A DNA stretch of 64,000 nucleotides from Pseudomonadota bacterium (GCA_041178425.1 JBEGVH010000020.1:87242-151241); one strand, 5' to 3'. Counted from the stretch's first letter, positions 8,110-18,598 are shown. Program-made: numbers and translations. The notes: generated from the sequence alone by a model not told the origin.

Positions 8110-10345
8110 TTTTTAACTCCTCAGTGATTACGTCAAAATCTAGTGTCTTAGGGTCGATACGAACCAAGTGAATCCAATTGTTATTTATGAGGTTTTGCAA
8201 ACGAGCAGATTTTTGAATTACTTTTTGAAGGTTATTGGCCTCACAAAAAACAAAAGCAAGAAGTCGTAAGGGTTCGTGCTGGTCTACCATTTGAGTGGCT
8301 AACCCAATCTGAAGATCTCCTTTTGATCCGTGCATTAATCCGATTCCCGATGCAATGTTGAGCGGTAACTTACTGCCAGCGCCAAAGACCTTCGGAAAAG
8401 CACTCGAAGTAAAATAATCTAGATTAATGTTCGCACAAACAGGAAGCGCACTCAAAATATCATAGGCAAGATTTTCACCACCTGGATCATTTTCAGGTTC
8501 GTAAGAAATTAAGAAGGCTCTTCTCTTCAAGTCTAAATCTTGCGTCAACCACCGGGGTCCAAACACACTCAATGCCACTCCGGTATGACCGAATTCTGGT
8601 CGAGGCTGAGACCAATCAAGGGACCGAGAAGTGGAATCAGCTGACGACTTTATTCGAAATTGCCTCCAGCGCTCCGATGCATTAATTTCAAGGGCCTTTT
8701 TCATATCGTTACCAAACTTAATAAAGATCTCTTGATAATCTGAAAGTCGCTGATCTGAACTAGGCGCATAAAAAACTTTATCAGAACAGGTGTCATGACA
8801 ACATGCCAAAAATAGGGTGGAATCACTAATCAAAATTCCTCGCGATTTTAGCTCTGATCGCACTTGAGGATCGTTGGCAAATTCGGCGAAAACTTTGGCA
8901 TTAGCAAAGCCCGATTGCCCGCTGCAAGCGCCACAACCATAAGATTTTTGAAACGGATTATTAGTTGTCGTCGCCGCATGGCCAAGCACCATAACTAGGT
9001 TTGACTGGACGATATTCATGCCAGCCCCACCCAAAATATCCCTTACCAAGTCGGCTTTCTCAGAAAGAGTGTAGCCTTCGATAAAGCGAATTAAGTTATG
9101 CCCTTTCATAGGGTTATCGTAACGGAGCCAATCTCTGATTTGGCTATAGGTGGTAGGCATGAAAGACCGCAACCAAAGGGCCACCATATAAAAGGGCCAA
9201 AAAAGAAACGACAAGAACGGCTCTATGGGAGTAAAGCGACTTTCATTGAGATGAGGAATAAATTTTCTCACTTTATTTAAAAACGCATTATCACCCTCAG
9301 GTACAATTTCCTCCGCCCTCTTTCTAGGGGTTACCACAGGTGGGCATTGAGGCTGAAAAATCACGTGCCCTGGTCTCTTTAACAGAAAATCGACTCCAAA
9401 AAAACCAACGGTTCCAAAGGTTTCATAACTTGGTTCAACCTTCTCCAGGGCGCGCCGCAGAGATTCCTCTCGATCATCGATACAAAATAGAATTTGCACG
9501 GCAGGCGCGAATTTCGAATTGTTCCGCTCAGTCATGCGACGCTGTTCTTGAGCAACTATGTGAGAATGAACCTGAGAGATTGTCTTTCTATAAAATTCGA
9601 TTTCGCTTCTGCGTATTTTTTCAATTCGCTTATTAATTGTTTCTTTTCTTCTCGGAAGCCGATTGAAATCCCAGATTCGCTGCCCACTTAACTGTTTTTT
9701 CTGCCTCAGTGCTTCTTCGGCGGTTATTAGCATGGCAACCCAATCCATTAGAAGAATATCGTACTTTTGAATCGGAAAAACTTTTGGATTACACTCGAGA
9801 ACCTGAATCATCCCACTCCAACCCTTGAAGTGAAAAATTAAAGCTTGTAAATGATTCGCCCAATCCTCTTTTCTGATAGCCATTCGAGATAAGCACATCG
9901 CTATAACCTCAACAGGCGATTGAGTTGTTAGCCGTTCAAGATCTTTCTTTAATGGCGGCAAAGCTTTCGACTTCAATGACCAGCTTGTTTTTATGTACTC
10001 ACAATACCAATCCCACAGCCCTTTTTTCTTGCTGGGCACAATCCAACGATTCAAACCTTGGTCAAAGTAAGAAATCACTAATGGAATAACAAAGTCTTCT
10101 AGATCTCTCCAAATAACCCGAGTCTTTACTTCAATGGCATTTTCATACGTCAAAACCGCTTTTTCTAATCCCTCGCGAAAAGAGTAACGCTCCCAATACA
10201 TAAGTGGATTATTATGCACAAAGAATGGCATCGGGTTCTGAATAGGAAGAAGGGGCCGAAAAGAATTGATAACATCTTCGATGGTCTGGAGATCAGATTT
10301 TCGCTCGGCCTGTTCCGTAAGATCTATCGACTGCATACCGATCAA
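8087..10345 (-). CDS. dabA: DabA/MpsB (DUF2309) beta-carbonic-anhydrase-like subunit
   Basis: FVHNNPL, FCIDDREES, GH, CGACSG, DWSQPRPEFG, FGAGSKLPLN, HEPLRL motifs. Confidence 0.9.
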   Translation of the reverse strand: MIGMQSIDLTEQAERKSDLQTIEDVINSFRPLLPIQNPMPFFVHNNPLMYWERYSFREGLEKAVLTYENAIEVKTRVIWRDLEDFVIPLVISYFDQGLNRWIVPSKKKGLWDWYCEYIKTSWSLKSKALPPLKKDLERLTTQSPVEVIAMCLSRMAIRKEDWANHLQALIFHFKGWSGMIQVLECNPKVFPIQKYDILLMDWVAMLITAEEALRQKKQLSGQRIWDFNRLPRRKETINKRIEKIRRSEIEFYRKTISQVHSHIVAQEQRRMTERNNSKFAPAVQILFCIDDREESLRRALEKVEPSYETFGTVGFFGVDFLLKRPGHVIFQPQCPPVVTPRKRAEEIVPEGDNAFLNKVRKFIPHLNESRFTPIEPFLSFLFWPFYMVALWLRSFMPTTYSQIRDWLRYDNPMKGHNLIRFIEGYTLSEKADLVRDILGGAGMNIVQSNLVMVLGHAATTTNNPFQKSYGCGACSGQSGFANAKVFAEFANDPQVRSELKSRGILISDSTLFLACCHDTCSDKVFYAPSSDQRLSDYQEIFIKFGNDMKKALEINASERWRQFRIKSSADSTSRSLDWSQPRPEFGHTGVALSVFGPRWLTQDLDLKRRAFLISYEPENDPGGENLAYDILSALPVCANINLDYFTSSAFPKVFGAGSKLPLNIASGIGLMHGSKGDLQIGLATQMVDQHEPLRLLAFVFCEANNLQKVIQKSARLQNLINNNWIHLVRIDPKTLDFDVITEELKNAMALTQ

Positions 10346-10356
10346 GCTCCCTTCAA

Positions 10357-11904
10357 TTACTTGTTTGCTTCACTTACTTGAAGGTCTTGGCCGTCTTTGA
10401 GTGGTGATCTCAAATTTAATTTATCTCCTGACTTATGTTCCTTTAAATTGCCTTTTAATGAGTCTAAATTCTTCCATAATTTTTCGAGCTGCTCTTTCTT
10501 CACTTGCCCACCCGACTTCTCATAGCCCTCTTTCCATGAACGAAGTGCTTCTAATGAGGCGTGGTCGAGGTGATCAATATCAAGAACAAGATCGAGGATC
10601 CTGTTTTTCGGAAGTGCATCTAGTTGCCGAATAAGGCTGGGGACCCCTAAAAATGTCAGGGATCCAGTCACAGTCACTTGAATTGAAGTCTCATGATCTT
10701 CAACGTTCATATCAAATTGGCTCATTTTAATAATCAACATGAGAACCGTTAAGCCAAACCCGATACCGATACCCCAAAGAAGGTTAATGAACACAACCCC
10801 AGCGAGGGTAACAAAGTAAACTAATGCCTCATTGAACTTCATTAGGTGTTTGATCTCTTGCAGTTTAACGAGATTAATTCCCGTGAAGATTAAAAGCCCT
10901 GCTAGTACCGCCAAAGGAATGTAAGACAAATAGTTTGCCATGAATGTAGCAAACAACAAAAGCCAAATTCCATGGAGGATTGCCGAACCCTTAGAAACTG
11001 CACCAGCATTTATATTGGCTGAACTTCGCACAATGACCCCCGTTACAGGGAGGCCCCCGAGAAGCCCCGAAAGGGCATTCGCAACCCCTTGACCAAAAAG
11101 TTCCCGATTGAGATTGGCTCGTGTACCAGCGTGTAACTTGTCAGTTGCAACGGCGCAAAGAAGTGACTCTGCGCTGGCAACAATGGTTAAGGCGATAGCT
11201 GAAAGAACAATACCCGATAGTTCACCCATTGATAGATGGGGAAGGTTAATTGAATCGAAAAGGTTCGCACTAATATTAACTTTAGGAACATCCATTGAAA
11301 AGACATAGGCAACCGTAGTACCGACAATGACTGCGACTAAAGAACCCGGAACGAATTTAATCTTCTTTCCAACAAATCTATTCCAAGACCACAGAATACC
11401 CAAGGTAAGCAATCCCAGTACGAGTGCCTGGTTATTGCGATCCATGAAAGCATGTGGTAAGCCGGCCAAATTAAGAAGGGCAGACCCTTTGGGGGCAGCC
11501 CCCAAGAGCACATATGTTTGCCCTAGCACGATTAAAACACCTATCCCCGCAAGCATTGCCTCTATGACACTCGGAGAAATCGCCAAGGTTAATTGCCCGA
11601 CCCCAAGAAAACCTAGTATTACCTGCATCAAACCAGCAAGTATGGTGATTGTGCAAGTCGCCTGAAATCCAAATTTTTGAATAAACCCAAAGACCATCAC
11701 CGTTAGCCCCGCCGCGGGCCCGCTCACCTGTAGTGGGGCACCTCCAAACACACCAACCACAATACCGCCAACGACGGCCGCAATCAGACCCGCCTTGATT
11801 GGTGCCCCTGACGCTAAAGCGATACCAAGTGACAATGGAAGAGCTATCAAAAATACCACCAAGGAAGCAGGAATATCTACCTTCAAACTTCTGAAAAAGT
11901 TCAC
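10357..11904 (-). CDS. SulP-family anion (probably bicarbonate) transporter
   Basis: ASLVVFLIALPLSLGIALASGAP, QVSGPAAGL, ELFGQG.AN, PVTGVIVRSSAN; short STAS-like end; GAGGGA SD favours GTG 11904. Confidence 0.9.
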   Translation of the reverse strand: MNFFRSLKVDIPASLVVFLIALPLSLGIALASGAPIKAGLIAAVVGGIVVGVFGGAPLQVSGPAAGLTVMVFGFIQKFGFQATCTITILAGLMQVILGFLGVGQLTLAISPSVIEAMLAGIGVLIVLGQTYVLLGAAPKGSALLNLAGLPHAFMDRNNQALVLGLLTLGILWSWNRFVGKKIKFVPGSLVAVIVGTTVAYVFSMDVPKVNISANLFDSINLPHLSMGELSGIVLSAIALTIVASAESLLCAVATDKLHAGTRANLNRELFGQGVANALSGLLGGLPVTGVIVRSSANINAGAVSKGSAILHGIWLLLFATFMANYLSYIPLAVLAGLLIFTGINLVKLQEIKHLMKFNEALVYFVTLAGVVFINLLWGIGIGFGLTVLMLIIKMSQFDMNVEDHETSIQVTVTGSLTFLGVPSLIRQLDALPKNRILDLVLDIDHLDHASLEALRSWKEGYEKSGGQVKKEQLEKLWKNLDSLKGNLKEHKSGDKLNLRSPLKDGQDLQVSEANK

Positions 11905-12053
11905 TTTTGATCCCTCAATGAACAAAAAAACTTATCTCAATCCATCATCGTAAAACCCATTGAATCCAGATTCACAATTGACGATGGCGACCTAGGTAAG
12001 AACCCATTTTTTGTTCGGTTAAATTGTGTTTGTTTAAAAAAGCACCGAAAGCG

Positions 12054-12255
12054 CTTTAAAATAACTTAATAAATTTGTCTTAAAACAACATGAAAAACAG
12101 ATTAAAAATTTTTAATGATCCGCCACCCTTCGCCAAAAATCCGCTCGCCCGATGGCATAGGAAGGCCTAGACCAGACCTTTTTAGACAATAATACATGTG
12201 AAAGCCATGATGACCTTGTTTTCGTTGAGTTTTTCAACACTTTAAATAAACTTAA
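12054..12255. promoter_or_regulatory. candidate response-regulator boxes (TTAA-N6-TTAA x3) in the divergent intergenic region
   Basis: CTTTAAAATAACTTAA (12054-12069), CTTTAAATAAACTTAA (12240-12255), and the perfect palindrome ATTAAAAATTTTTAAT (12101-12116). Confidence 0.35.
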
Positions 12256-12324
12256 GTTAGTTCTCCTTTACGGTTAGACTTCAATTTGAAGGAACGGATT
12301 CGTTCTGAATTTTAAATTTTAGGA

Positions 12325-13008
12325 GTGCCTGGTTTGCGAATTTTAGTTCTAGAGGACCAAAAGAAAACTATTGATTTCGTTGAAAAGGGTCTGAAATCTG
12401 CAGGGTATGCGGTAGATTGCTTTCTCCACCCGTCATCTGCCGAAGAAGCCCTTGCTGCGAATGAATATGACCTTCTCATCGTAGATATCAACCTCCCTGA
12501 AAAATCGGGTTGGGATTTTATTAGGCAAGCACGACAAGAAAAATATGAAGGTATCATCCTCATATTGACTGCTTTTTCAACGACCGACGATAAAGTCAGA
12601 GGCCTTGATGTCGGCGCCGACGATTACATGACAAAGCCTTTTTCGATCGACGAATTGTTGGCGAGAGTAAGGGCCCACCTTCGAAGGATCGGAAAGTCGG
12701 CCAAGGGTAGCCGATTGATTTTTGCCGATCTAGAAATCGACCTTGTCACAAGAAAGGTAAGTCGTAGTGGCAGTCTTATTAACCTCTCCCAAAAAGAATT
12801 CGCTCTACTGGAATATTTTATGCGCAATCCAGAACGCCCTCTATCGAGGCCACAAATCTCAGAGCATGTTTGGAATATTGACTTTGAAACAGGAACAAAT
12901 GTAATTGACGTTTACGTGAATCACCTACGAAAGAAACTTGAAAGTCCAAATCTACCTAGACTCATTCACACGGTCACTGGCATCGGCTATGAATTACGCA
13001 AAGATTAA
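12325..13008 (+). CDS. OmpR/CusR-family response regulator
   Basis: REC (LEDQ, IVDINLP, GADDYMTKPF) plus wHTH (NVIDVYVNHLRKK, IHTVTGIGY). Confidence 0.95.
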   Translation: MPGLRILVLEDQKKTIDFVEKGLKSAGYAVDCFLHPSSAEEALAANEYDLLIVDINLPEKSGWDFIRQARQEKYEGIILILTAFSTTDDKVRGLDVGADDYMTKPFSIDELLARVRAHLRRIGKSAKGSRLIFADLEIDLVTRKVSRSGSLINLSQKEFALLEYFMRNPERPLSRPQISEHVWNIDFETGTNVIDVYVNHLRKKLESPNLPRLIHTVTGIGYELRKD

Positions 13009-14428
13009 TCGCGCATGGGATCTCCTTGGCTTTCAACAAAGACTGACCATCTGCCTTAGCGGAGTTTTTGCGGTCATATTGGCGATCGGCTATTGGTCTC
13101 TTTTTCTTGAATTTCAGGGTGAGCTTCAAAACGACTTTGATCGCTCCCTTTATAATTACGCCAGCGATCTATCGCAAAATGCACACCTCAATGGAGGAGA
13201 GGTGGCAGACCTTCCTATGGAAGTCATTTTTGGAGCAGATAAGATCTTTCCGTTTCCACATGGAGATAGCCTAGTAAAAATCTATCATCTTCCCTCGACC
13301 GAACTATTTTCGTTTACGACAGACCACGATGCTCCAAAAAACTTAGAAATGCTAACAGCTTTCCTTAAAGAAAAAAAGGAGCGTCGCTTTTTCGACTTAA
13401 AATCTGAGGGCGGTCACCCTTGGCGAGCGATACTGATGCAATTTAACAAAGATCCCAAAAAAGAAATCTACTTTTTTGTCGCCGTCCCAAGAGAGACCCT
13501 CACCCATCAAGAAACTAAATTTAGATCTATATTTATTGCCGGCCAAATTATTATTCTCGCACTCTCTGCACTCATGATTAATGTGCTTGCAAAGAGTCTT
13601 CTTGCCTCCCTCGCAAGAATGACTACTAATATTCACAGCATGCCAATTAATACCTCAAACTTTTCTTTCGAGGTACCGAGTGGCCCCCCCGAAATTACTC
13701 TCTTTGCAGAGCTTCTCAATCGATTAATTGGCCAAATTCAAAAGAGTTTACTTGCACATCAAGAATTTGTGGCAAAGGCTGCCCATCAACTAAAAACACC
13801 TTTAACAATTGCTAAGGGACATCTCGAACACATTGAGAAATCTTTACCTCTCAAACACCTAAATGATATTAAAGTTGTTCATGATGAAATCGACATTATG
13901 TCGGGAACCATAAATAATCTCCTAACCCTTGTGCAAATTGAATCAGGCTTTCAAGGAATTAGGCCTACCGAGGTCAATTTCCTCGATCATCTACTAGCGG
14001 AAGTGGATAGGCTCGATTACCTTGCTCGAAAAAAAGATTTAAAATTTCAAGTCGTATTACAAGACCAGGATTTGAGTCCCGCGGCATGGGTCACTCAAAT
14101 CGATCCGCAATTGCTATCAATAATTCTGACCAACCTCATTGAAAATGCCATCAAATATGCTAATCAGTCCCCTCTTGAGATTGATATTGCGAACGCCGAT
14201 ACAGCCTTCGTACTACAAATCAAAAATAAAACCAATTTACAAATGGCAGGGTCATCAATATTACAACTTAAGGAAAAATACATTCGAGGAAATGGACCCG
14301 AAACCGGCCAAGGCCTGGGGCTCTACATTGCCTACACCGTTGCCAACTTTTTGAATATAAAATTATCTATAGACCAGCAAGTGGACACTTTTATTGTAAA
14401 TCTCCAAATACCGAAATCTCACACCTAG
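12989..14428 (+). CDS. membrane sensor histidine kinase
   Basis: 2 TM helices flanking a periplasmic domain; AAHQLKTPL H-box, NLIENAIKY, GQGLGL; ATG 12989 overlaps the regulator's end. Confidence 0.9.
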   Translation: MNYAKINRAWDLLGFQQRLTICLSGVFAVILAIGYWSLFLEFQGELQNDFDRSLYNYASDLSQNAHLNGGEVADLPMEVIFGADKIFPFPHGDSLVKIYHLPSTELFSFTTDHDAPKNLEMLTAFLKEKKERRFFDLKSEGGHPWRAILMQFNKDPKKEIYFFVAVPRETLTHQETKFRSIFIAGQIIILALSALMINVLAKSLLASLARMTTNIHSMPINTSNFSFEVPSGPPEITLFAELLNRLIGQIQKSLLAHQEFVAKAAHQLKTPLTIAKGHLEHIEKSLPLKHLNDIKVVHDEIDIMSGTINNLLTLVQIESGFQGIRPTEVNFLDHLLAEVDRLDYLARKKDLKFQVVLQDQDLSPAAWVTQIDPQLLSIILTNLIENAIKYANQSPLEIDIANADTAFVLQIKNKTNLQMAGSSILQLKEKYIRGNGPETGQGLGLYIAYTVANFLNIKLSIDQQVDTFIVNLQIPKSHT

Positions 14429-14444
14429 AAAGACCTCACACCCT

Positions 14445-14705
14445 ATGAAAAAAACAAGTGTAAAAATCTATGTAACCAGCAATTGCCCTTTCTGCGTTCG
14501 AGCAAAACAATTTCTTCAGGCAAAGAATATTGATTTTGAACTCATCGATCTCACCAACGACCCAGAGGCTTTGAAAACCCTAAAAGATAAAACTCACTGG
14601 AAGACAGTTCCCCAAATTTTTTTCGGCGAGACTTTTATTGGTGGTTACACAGACATGATAAAGTTGGATGACGAGGGCAAATTGATTCCCTTATTGAATC
14701 AATGA
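14445..14705 (+). CDS. grxC: glutaredoxin 3
   Basis: CPFC, TVPQIF, IGGYTD. Confidence 0.88.
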   Translation: MKKTSVKIYVTSNCPFCVRAKQFLQAKNIDFELIDLTNDPEALKTLKDKTHWKTVPQIFFGETFIGGYTDMIKLDDEGKLIPLLNQ

Positions 14706-14707
14706 AG

Positions 14708-15457
14708 CTAATTCAATGGCCTGCGGGGCGACGAATTTGCAAGTCTATTTAGAAGCTCTCCCGTTCTTCCTCCCTGTGCCTCACATAATTTAAGGCCCTT
14801 TCTTAAAAGAAAGGCGGTAATTCTACCCATCTCAGCATCTTCATCTTCTTCGTCAACACGAGTAGAGAGTTCCATCTGAAAGTTCCCATCATCGATCGGT
14901 ATTGATTCTAGAGTAAACGAATAGGGATTTTCTCCCTCCAACTCCCAACGCTTGACCTCGATCGGACCCCACAGCGGAAGTGAATTTATCGATTGAAAAG
15001 AGGCGTCCAGGCCCATGATGTCGTTCAGTGCGGCGACTTGTCCTTTGGTGAATTTCTTTGATTCAATGCTCTTGTGAAAAAGATTGCAGGTAAACTTTCG
15101 ACTCGAAAGATAACGATCCCACTCGCACACGTGATCAACTTTTTTAACGGCAGACCAATTAACCTCGGATGGATCGCCAAACTTAAGCTTGATGGTCATT
15201 TTATTTTTTTTACTATCCTCAAGAATTCTGAATATGACCCCTTTTTTGAAGTACTGTAAGCTATTGGAATCACGAAAACTGAGGCCCCGAATGTCAGGAA
15301 CTTCGGCCTCGTCATAACCAAGTTTGTTCAATGCCGCCAACTCATTTGCCTCACAAATTGACCATTGTAACTCAACCTCAAAAGCCAGAGCTGAGACTCG
15401 CGATAGACTAATTAGTAAAAGGACAAGTGCTAATTTTCTAATTTTACTACCCCTCAC
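14708..15457 (-). CDS. secreted hypothetical protein, possibly CYTH-like fold
   Basis: Signal peptide; EVEL near the N-terminus, GVIFRI..TIKLK, ELSTR pattern. Confidence 0.5.
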   Translation of the reverse strand: MRGSKIRKLALVLLLISLSRVSALAFEVELQWSICEANELAALNKLGYDEAEVPDIRGLSFRDSNSLQYFKKGVIFRILEDSKKNKMTIKLKFGDPSEVNWSAVKKVDHVCEWDRYLSSRKFTCNLFHKSIESKKFTKGQVAALNDIMGLDASFQSINSLPLWGPIEVKRWELEGENPYSFTLESIPIDDGNFQMELSTRVDEEDEDAEMGRITAFLLRKGLKLCEAQGGRTGELLNRLANSSPRRPLN

Positions 15458-15663
15458 GTTAATGAAAAACCCCTCAGCCTAGTTTATTAATTGGCAACTC
15501 AAAATCAACTGAAGTAATATCAATTTTCTGTTATTTTTTAGACAAAGCGGCCACGAAAAGCCCTCAGCAAATCTATTGTATTCTAACTTTATCCATACTA
15601 ACAATTTATCACCGCTTTTTCATATTTACTTTTACCGAAGAAATTTTTCATAAGGTGAGCCGA

Positions 15664-16896
15664 ATGCAAGTTAGAAAAACAGCAAAAATGTTTTGGATAC
15701 AAATTACTCTTTCAGGGATATTTTTTTTATTTTTAGCTTGCCGGTCCACAAAAACAATAACAAATACCGAATCAAACCAACCTGCGATCAAAACTTTTCA
15801 GCTATTTCCTTTGAGTCATACCACCAATCACCTCACTCCGCTGCAAGGATTGTCTGGACTCGCTTTTGATAAAGAATCCGAGGATGAATACTATTTCTGG
15901 AGTCTCACTGATCGAGGCCCAAATCTTGATCCACTCCCTTCAGCACGCGTTCCTCTCCGGCCTTTTTTAGAGCCTAAATTTAGCCCTCGGATATATTATT
16001 TTTCGATCTCAAAAAAAGATGGCGGATCTAAGCTACTAAAAACAATTGTGCTCAAAGATGAATTCAACCACCCGATTCTTGGGCTCCCCCCTGCATCTCA
16101 GTGTTACTCCGAAGAAATACCCATTGATTCAAAAGGACTACACCTAAATTGTCAGAAGTACGGCATTGACTCAGAAAGTATAGCCATTGACGACCGGGGG
16201 CATTTTTGGATTGGTGAGGAATACGGCCCATCTATTTTCGAGTTCACTCCCGATGGAAAACTACAAAGTGTCATTTCTTCGCGATCAACGTCTCGCAAGA
16301 ATCGTGGTAAAATGGTCATTCCCATTTTACCCAACATCGTCTCCAAGAGAAAAGTGAATCGCGGATTTGAGGCAATTGCGATAAAGAACAAAATTCTGTT
16401 TGCGATGCTACAAAGTCCACTTCCAAATATTAAGAACAACGCTGAATCATCCTATATACCTATTTTCAAAATAGACCTCGAAAAGAAGCAATTATTATCC
16501 ACGCTTTGGTATCCCACAGATAACGGCATGGATCTTAAAATTGGTGATATTACTTTTGAAAACGATAACTCACTTTTGGTCTTAGAGCAGACCACTGAAA
16601 TGGGAAAAAATTCGATTCATAATATATATCGCGTAGCTATTAACCAAAATCTTGATACCGAGCAAGGTCACCCGAACGAAGAGGTTTTTCTAAAAAAGGA
16701 ACTAGTACTAGATCTTGTTAAAGAGGGATTCGATCAATTTCAGAAAATTGAGGGCCTCACCTATGTCCAGGGGCTAGGGATCGCTGTCGTAAACGATAAT
16801 GACTTTAGCGTCGGAGGCCTCACGAACGAGCCTAGCCCTACCGTATTGGGACTCTTTACTACGAATAGGAAACTATGGAAGAATAAGGGTAATTAG
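15664..16896 (+). CDS. esterase-like activity of phytase family lipoprotein
   Basis: Lipobox FLAC; GLSGL, LTDRGPN, DSESI, EEYGP, NRGFEA, KIEGL, NDNDF. Confidence 0.88.
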   Translation: MQVRKTAKMFWIQITLSGIFFLFLACRSTKTITNTESNQPAIKTFQLFPLSHTTNHLTPLQGLSGLAFDKESEDEYYFWSLTDRGPNLDPLPSARVPLRPFLEPKFSPRIYYFSISKKDGGSKLLKTIVLKDEFNHPILGLPPASQCYSEEIPIDSKGLHLNCQKYGIDSESIAIDDRGHFWIGEEYGPSIFEFTPDGKLQSVISSRSTSRKNRGKMVIPILPNIVSKRKVNRGFEAIAIKNKILFAMLQSPLPNIKNNAESSYIPIFKIDLEKKQLLSTLWYPTDNGMDLKIGDITFENDNSLLVLEQTTEMGKNSIHNIYRVAINQNLDTEQGHPNEEVFLKKELVLDLVKEGFDQFQKIEGLTYVQGLGIAVVNDNDFSVGGLTNEPSPTVLGLFTTNRKLWKNKGN

Positions 16897-16924
16897 TTTT
16901 CACTTTTTTAGTGACCAAGGTAGG

Positions 16925-18598
16925 GTGCTTAAGTTGCGCAATAAAATATTTTTTTTCCGCAAACATAAATTTAACAGCACGTGCCTCCTGTTTTTAGTAT
17001 TCTTCCCCCACTCGCCTCTTTTCGCGCAAATTGAGGGAGAAATCTCTTTTGGCAAAAAAATCGTTAACAAGATCGACAAAAAACAAACTGAATGGGTCAG
17101 ATCATACACAAATCAATTTGAAAAAGAGATTTGCGGACAGGACTTTCCTGAACTTAGTTATGAGGGACTCCATATTATAAAAAAGAAGGCTGAGAGAATC
17201 ACAAACAGATGTTACTCTGCAGACCAACTCCCGAGCGGAATAGGTATTGATTTTTCATCAATCCAATCTAATGCTGAAGAAGTTTTTTTTGATAGTCTTA
17301 TTCGCACCAAGCTTGACCATTTGACGTGTCGAGAGGCCGCGATCGAGTGTCTCAATAAAGGAGACCAAGCAAATTCAATTGCGGCTGATTTCGTGGATCG
17401 TCTGAATGCGTTCCGTGTTTATAGGGACAAATACAAAGCCTTCAATTCCAGTGCAAAAAAAGAGGTATTTTTCACCAAAGAAGAGTCTCGAATTTTGTCT
17501 AAATACTTTCCAGACTCTACAAACAGTCCGGAGCGTTTTTTTAAAGAATGGCAACCCGTCACCGCGATGGCCTTGCTCGTCAATTACATGGATCCGTCTA
17601 ATGATCAGAGTTTTGTTTTTCAGGAAGCGTTTGCGAGTCTTGCTGAGGATGAGAATGCGCTCAATGAGTTTGGAAAAATGAATCAACAAAATCAAATTAG
17701 AGCGATCGCCGATTATATTAAGCAATCGAGTGAGAGCCAAAAAAAAGCTATCAATGAGGAGCGATCATATTGGGAACGACACTGCACTTCAAAAGATCCA
17801 AATTGTTTTTTTCGTCCCATTTTTGAGCAAAAGAGAAAACTCATTGAAGAGTTCATTACCAATACTGCCTATGATCCCTCGCAATGGAACTCTAGCCATA
17901 ATAAAAAATTCAACAAACCCTCCAAAGAGGAAATGGCCTTCGCTTGTGCCCTTCAACTCAAATACGGCAAGGGAGCTCAATATTTTGATAACCAAATGAA
18001 TAACATGTCGGTGGCTTTGGCCGTAGTTCCTATTGTTAGCCGACCAATAGCGGGTGTATTCGCATCCCGGAACCTCACCGCCAAAGTGATGGGAGATAAA
18101 ATTGTCAACTCCCGTTTATACCAGCACTCAATCAAATCGGCCGGAGCCGGCTTGAAGGCCTCTGGTAAGCTCGCTTTCGGAAGTCAAATGTTCAATCTTT
18201 ATGAATCCTGTGAATCGGGAGAGTTTGAGGTAAAACCAAAGCTTCCTTTTGCTCCCACCAAAGAGAAAAAACCACAGAAAAACAGAGATGAGTTTCTGGC
18301 CGACTGTAAAAAATGTCGAAGACAACCATCTACGAAAAAATTGGTTAATTATTCCTGCTTAAAAGAAGCGACAAACTGGGCTCTCTCTCGATCAGTGGGC
18401 TTTTTTAAATCAGCGTCGAAGATGAGCACCGTCGAGAAAGCCTCGAATGATTCTACAGAAACAGCTTTTTTACCCGAAAAACTTGATCAACTGAGTGAAA
18501 CGTTTTCTCTGTATCTAAAGAATCAGGCCCTCATTACCACTTTTGATGTTCCATCTATTTCAAATTTTAGCGACGAGAGTAGCAACGATAATAAATGA
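16925..18598 (+). CDS. secreted hypothetical protein, Cys-containing (start uncertain)
   Basis: Long ORF; signal-like segment ending ...PLFA; internal hydrophobic stretch. Confidence 0.6.
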   Translation: MLKLRNKIFFFRKHKFNSTCLLFLVFFPHSPLFAQIEGEISFGKKIVNKIDKKQTEWVRSYTNQFEKEICGQDFPELSYEGLHIIKKKAERITNRCYSADQLPSGIGIDFSSIQSNAEEVFFDSLIRTKLDHLTCREAAIECLNKGDQANSIAADFVDRLNAFRVYRDKYKAFNSSAKKEVFFTKEESRILSKYFPDSTNSPERFFKEWQPVTAMALLVNYMDPSNDQSFVFQEAFASLAEDENALNEFGKMNQQNQIRAIADYIKQSSESQKKAINEERSYWERHCTSKDPNCFFRPIFEQKRKLIEEFITNTAYDPSQWNSSHNKKFNKPSKEEMAFACALQLKYGKGAQYFDNQMNNMSVALAVVPIVSRPIAGVFASRNLTAKVMGDKIVNSRLYQHSIKSAGAGLKASGKLAFGSQMFNLYESCESGEFEVKPKLPFAPTKEKKPQKNRDEFLADCKKCRRQPSTKKLVNYSCLKEATNWALSRSVGFFKSASKMSTVEKASNDSTETAFLPEKLDQLSETFSLYLKNQALITTFDVPSISNFSDESSNDNK

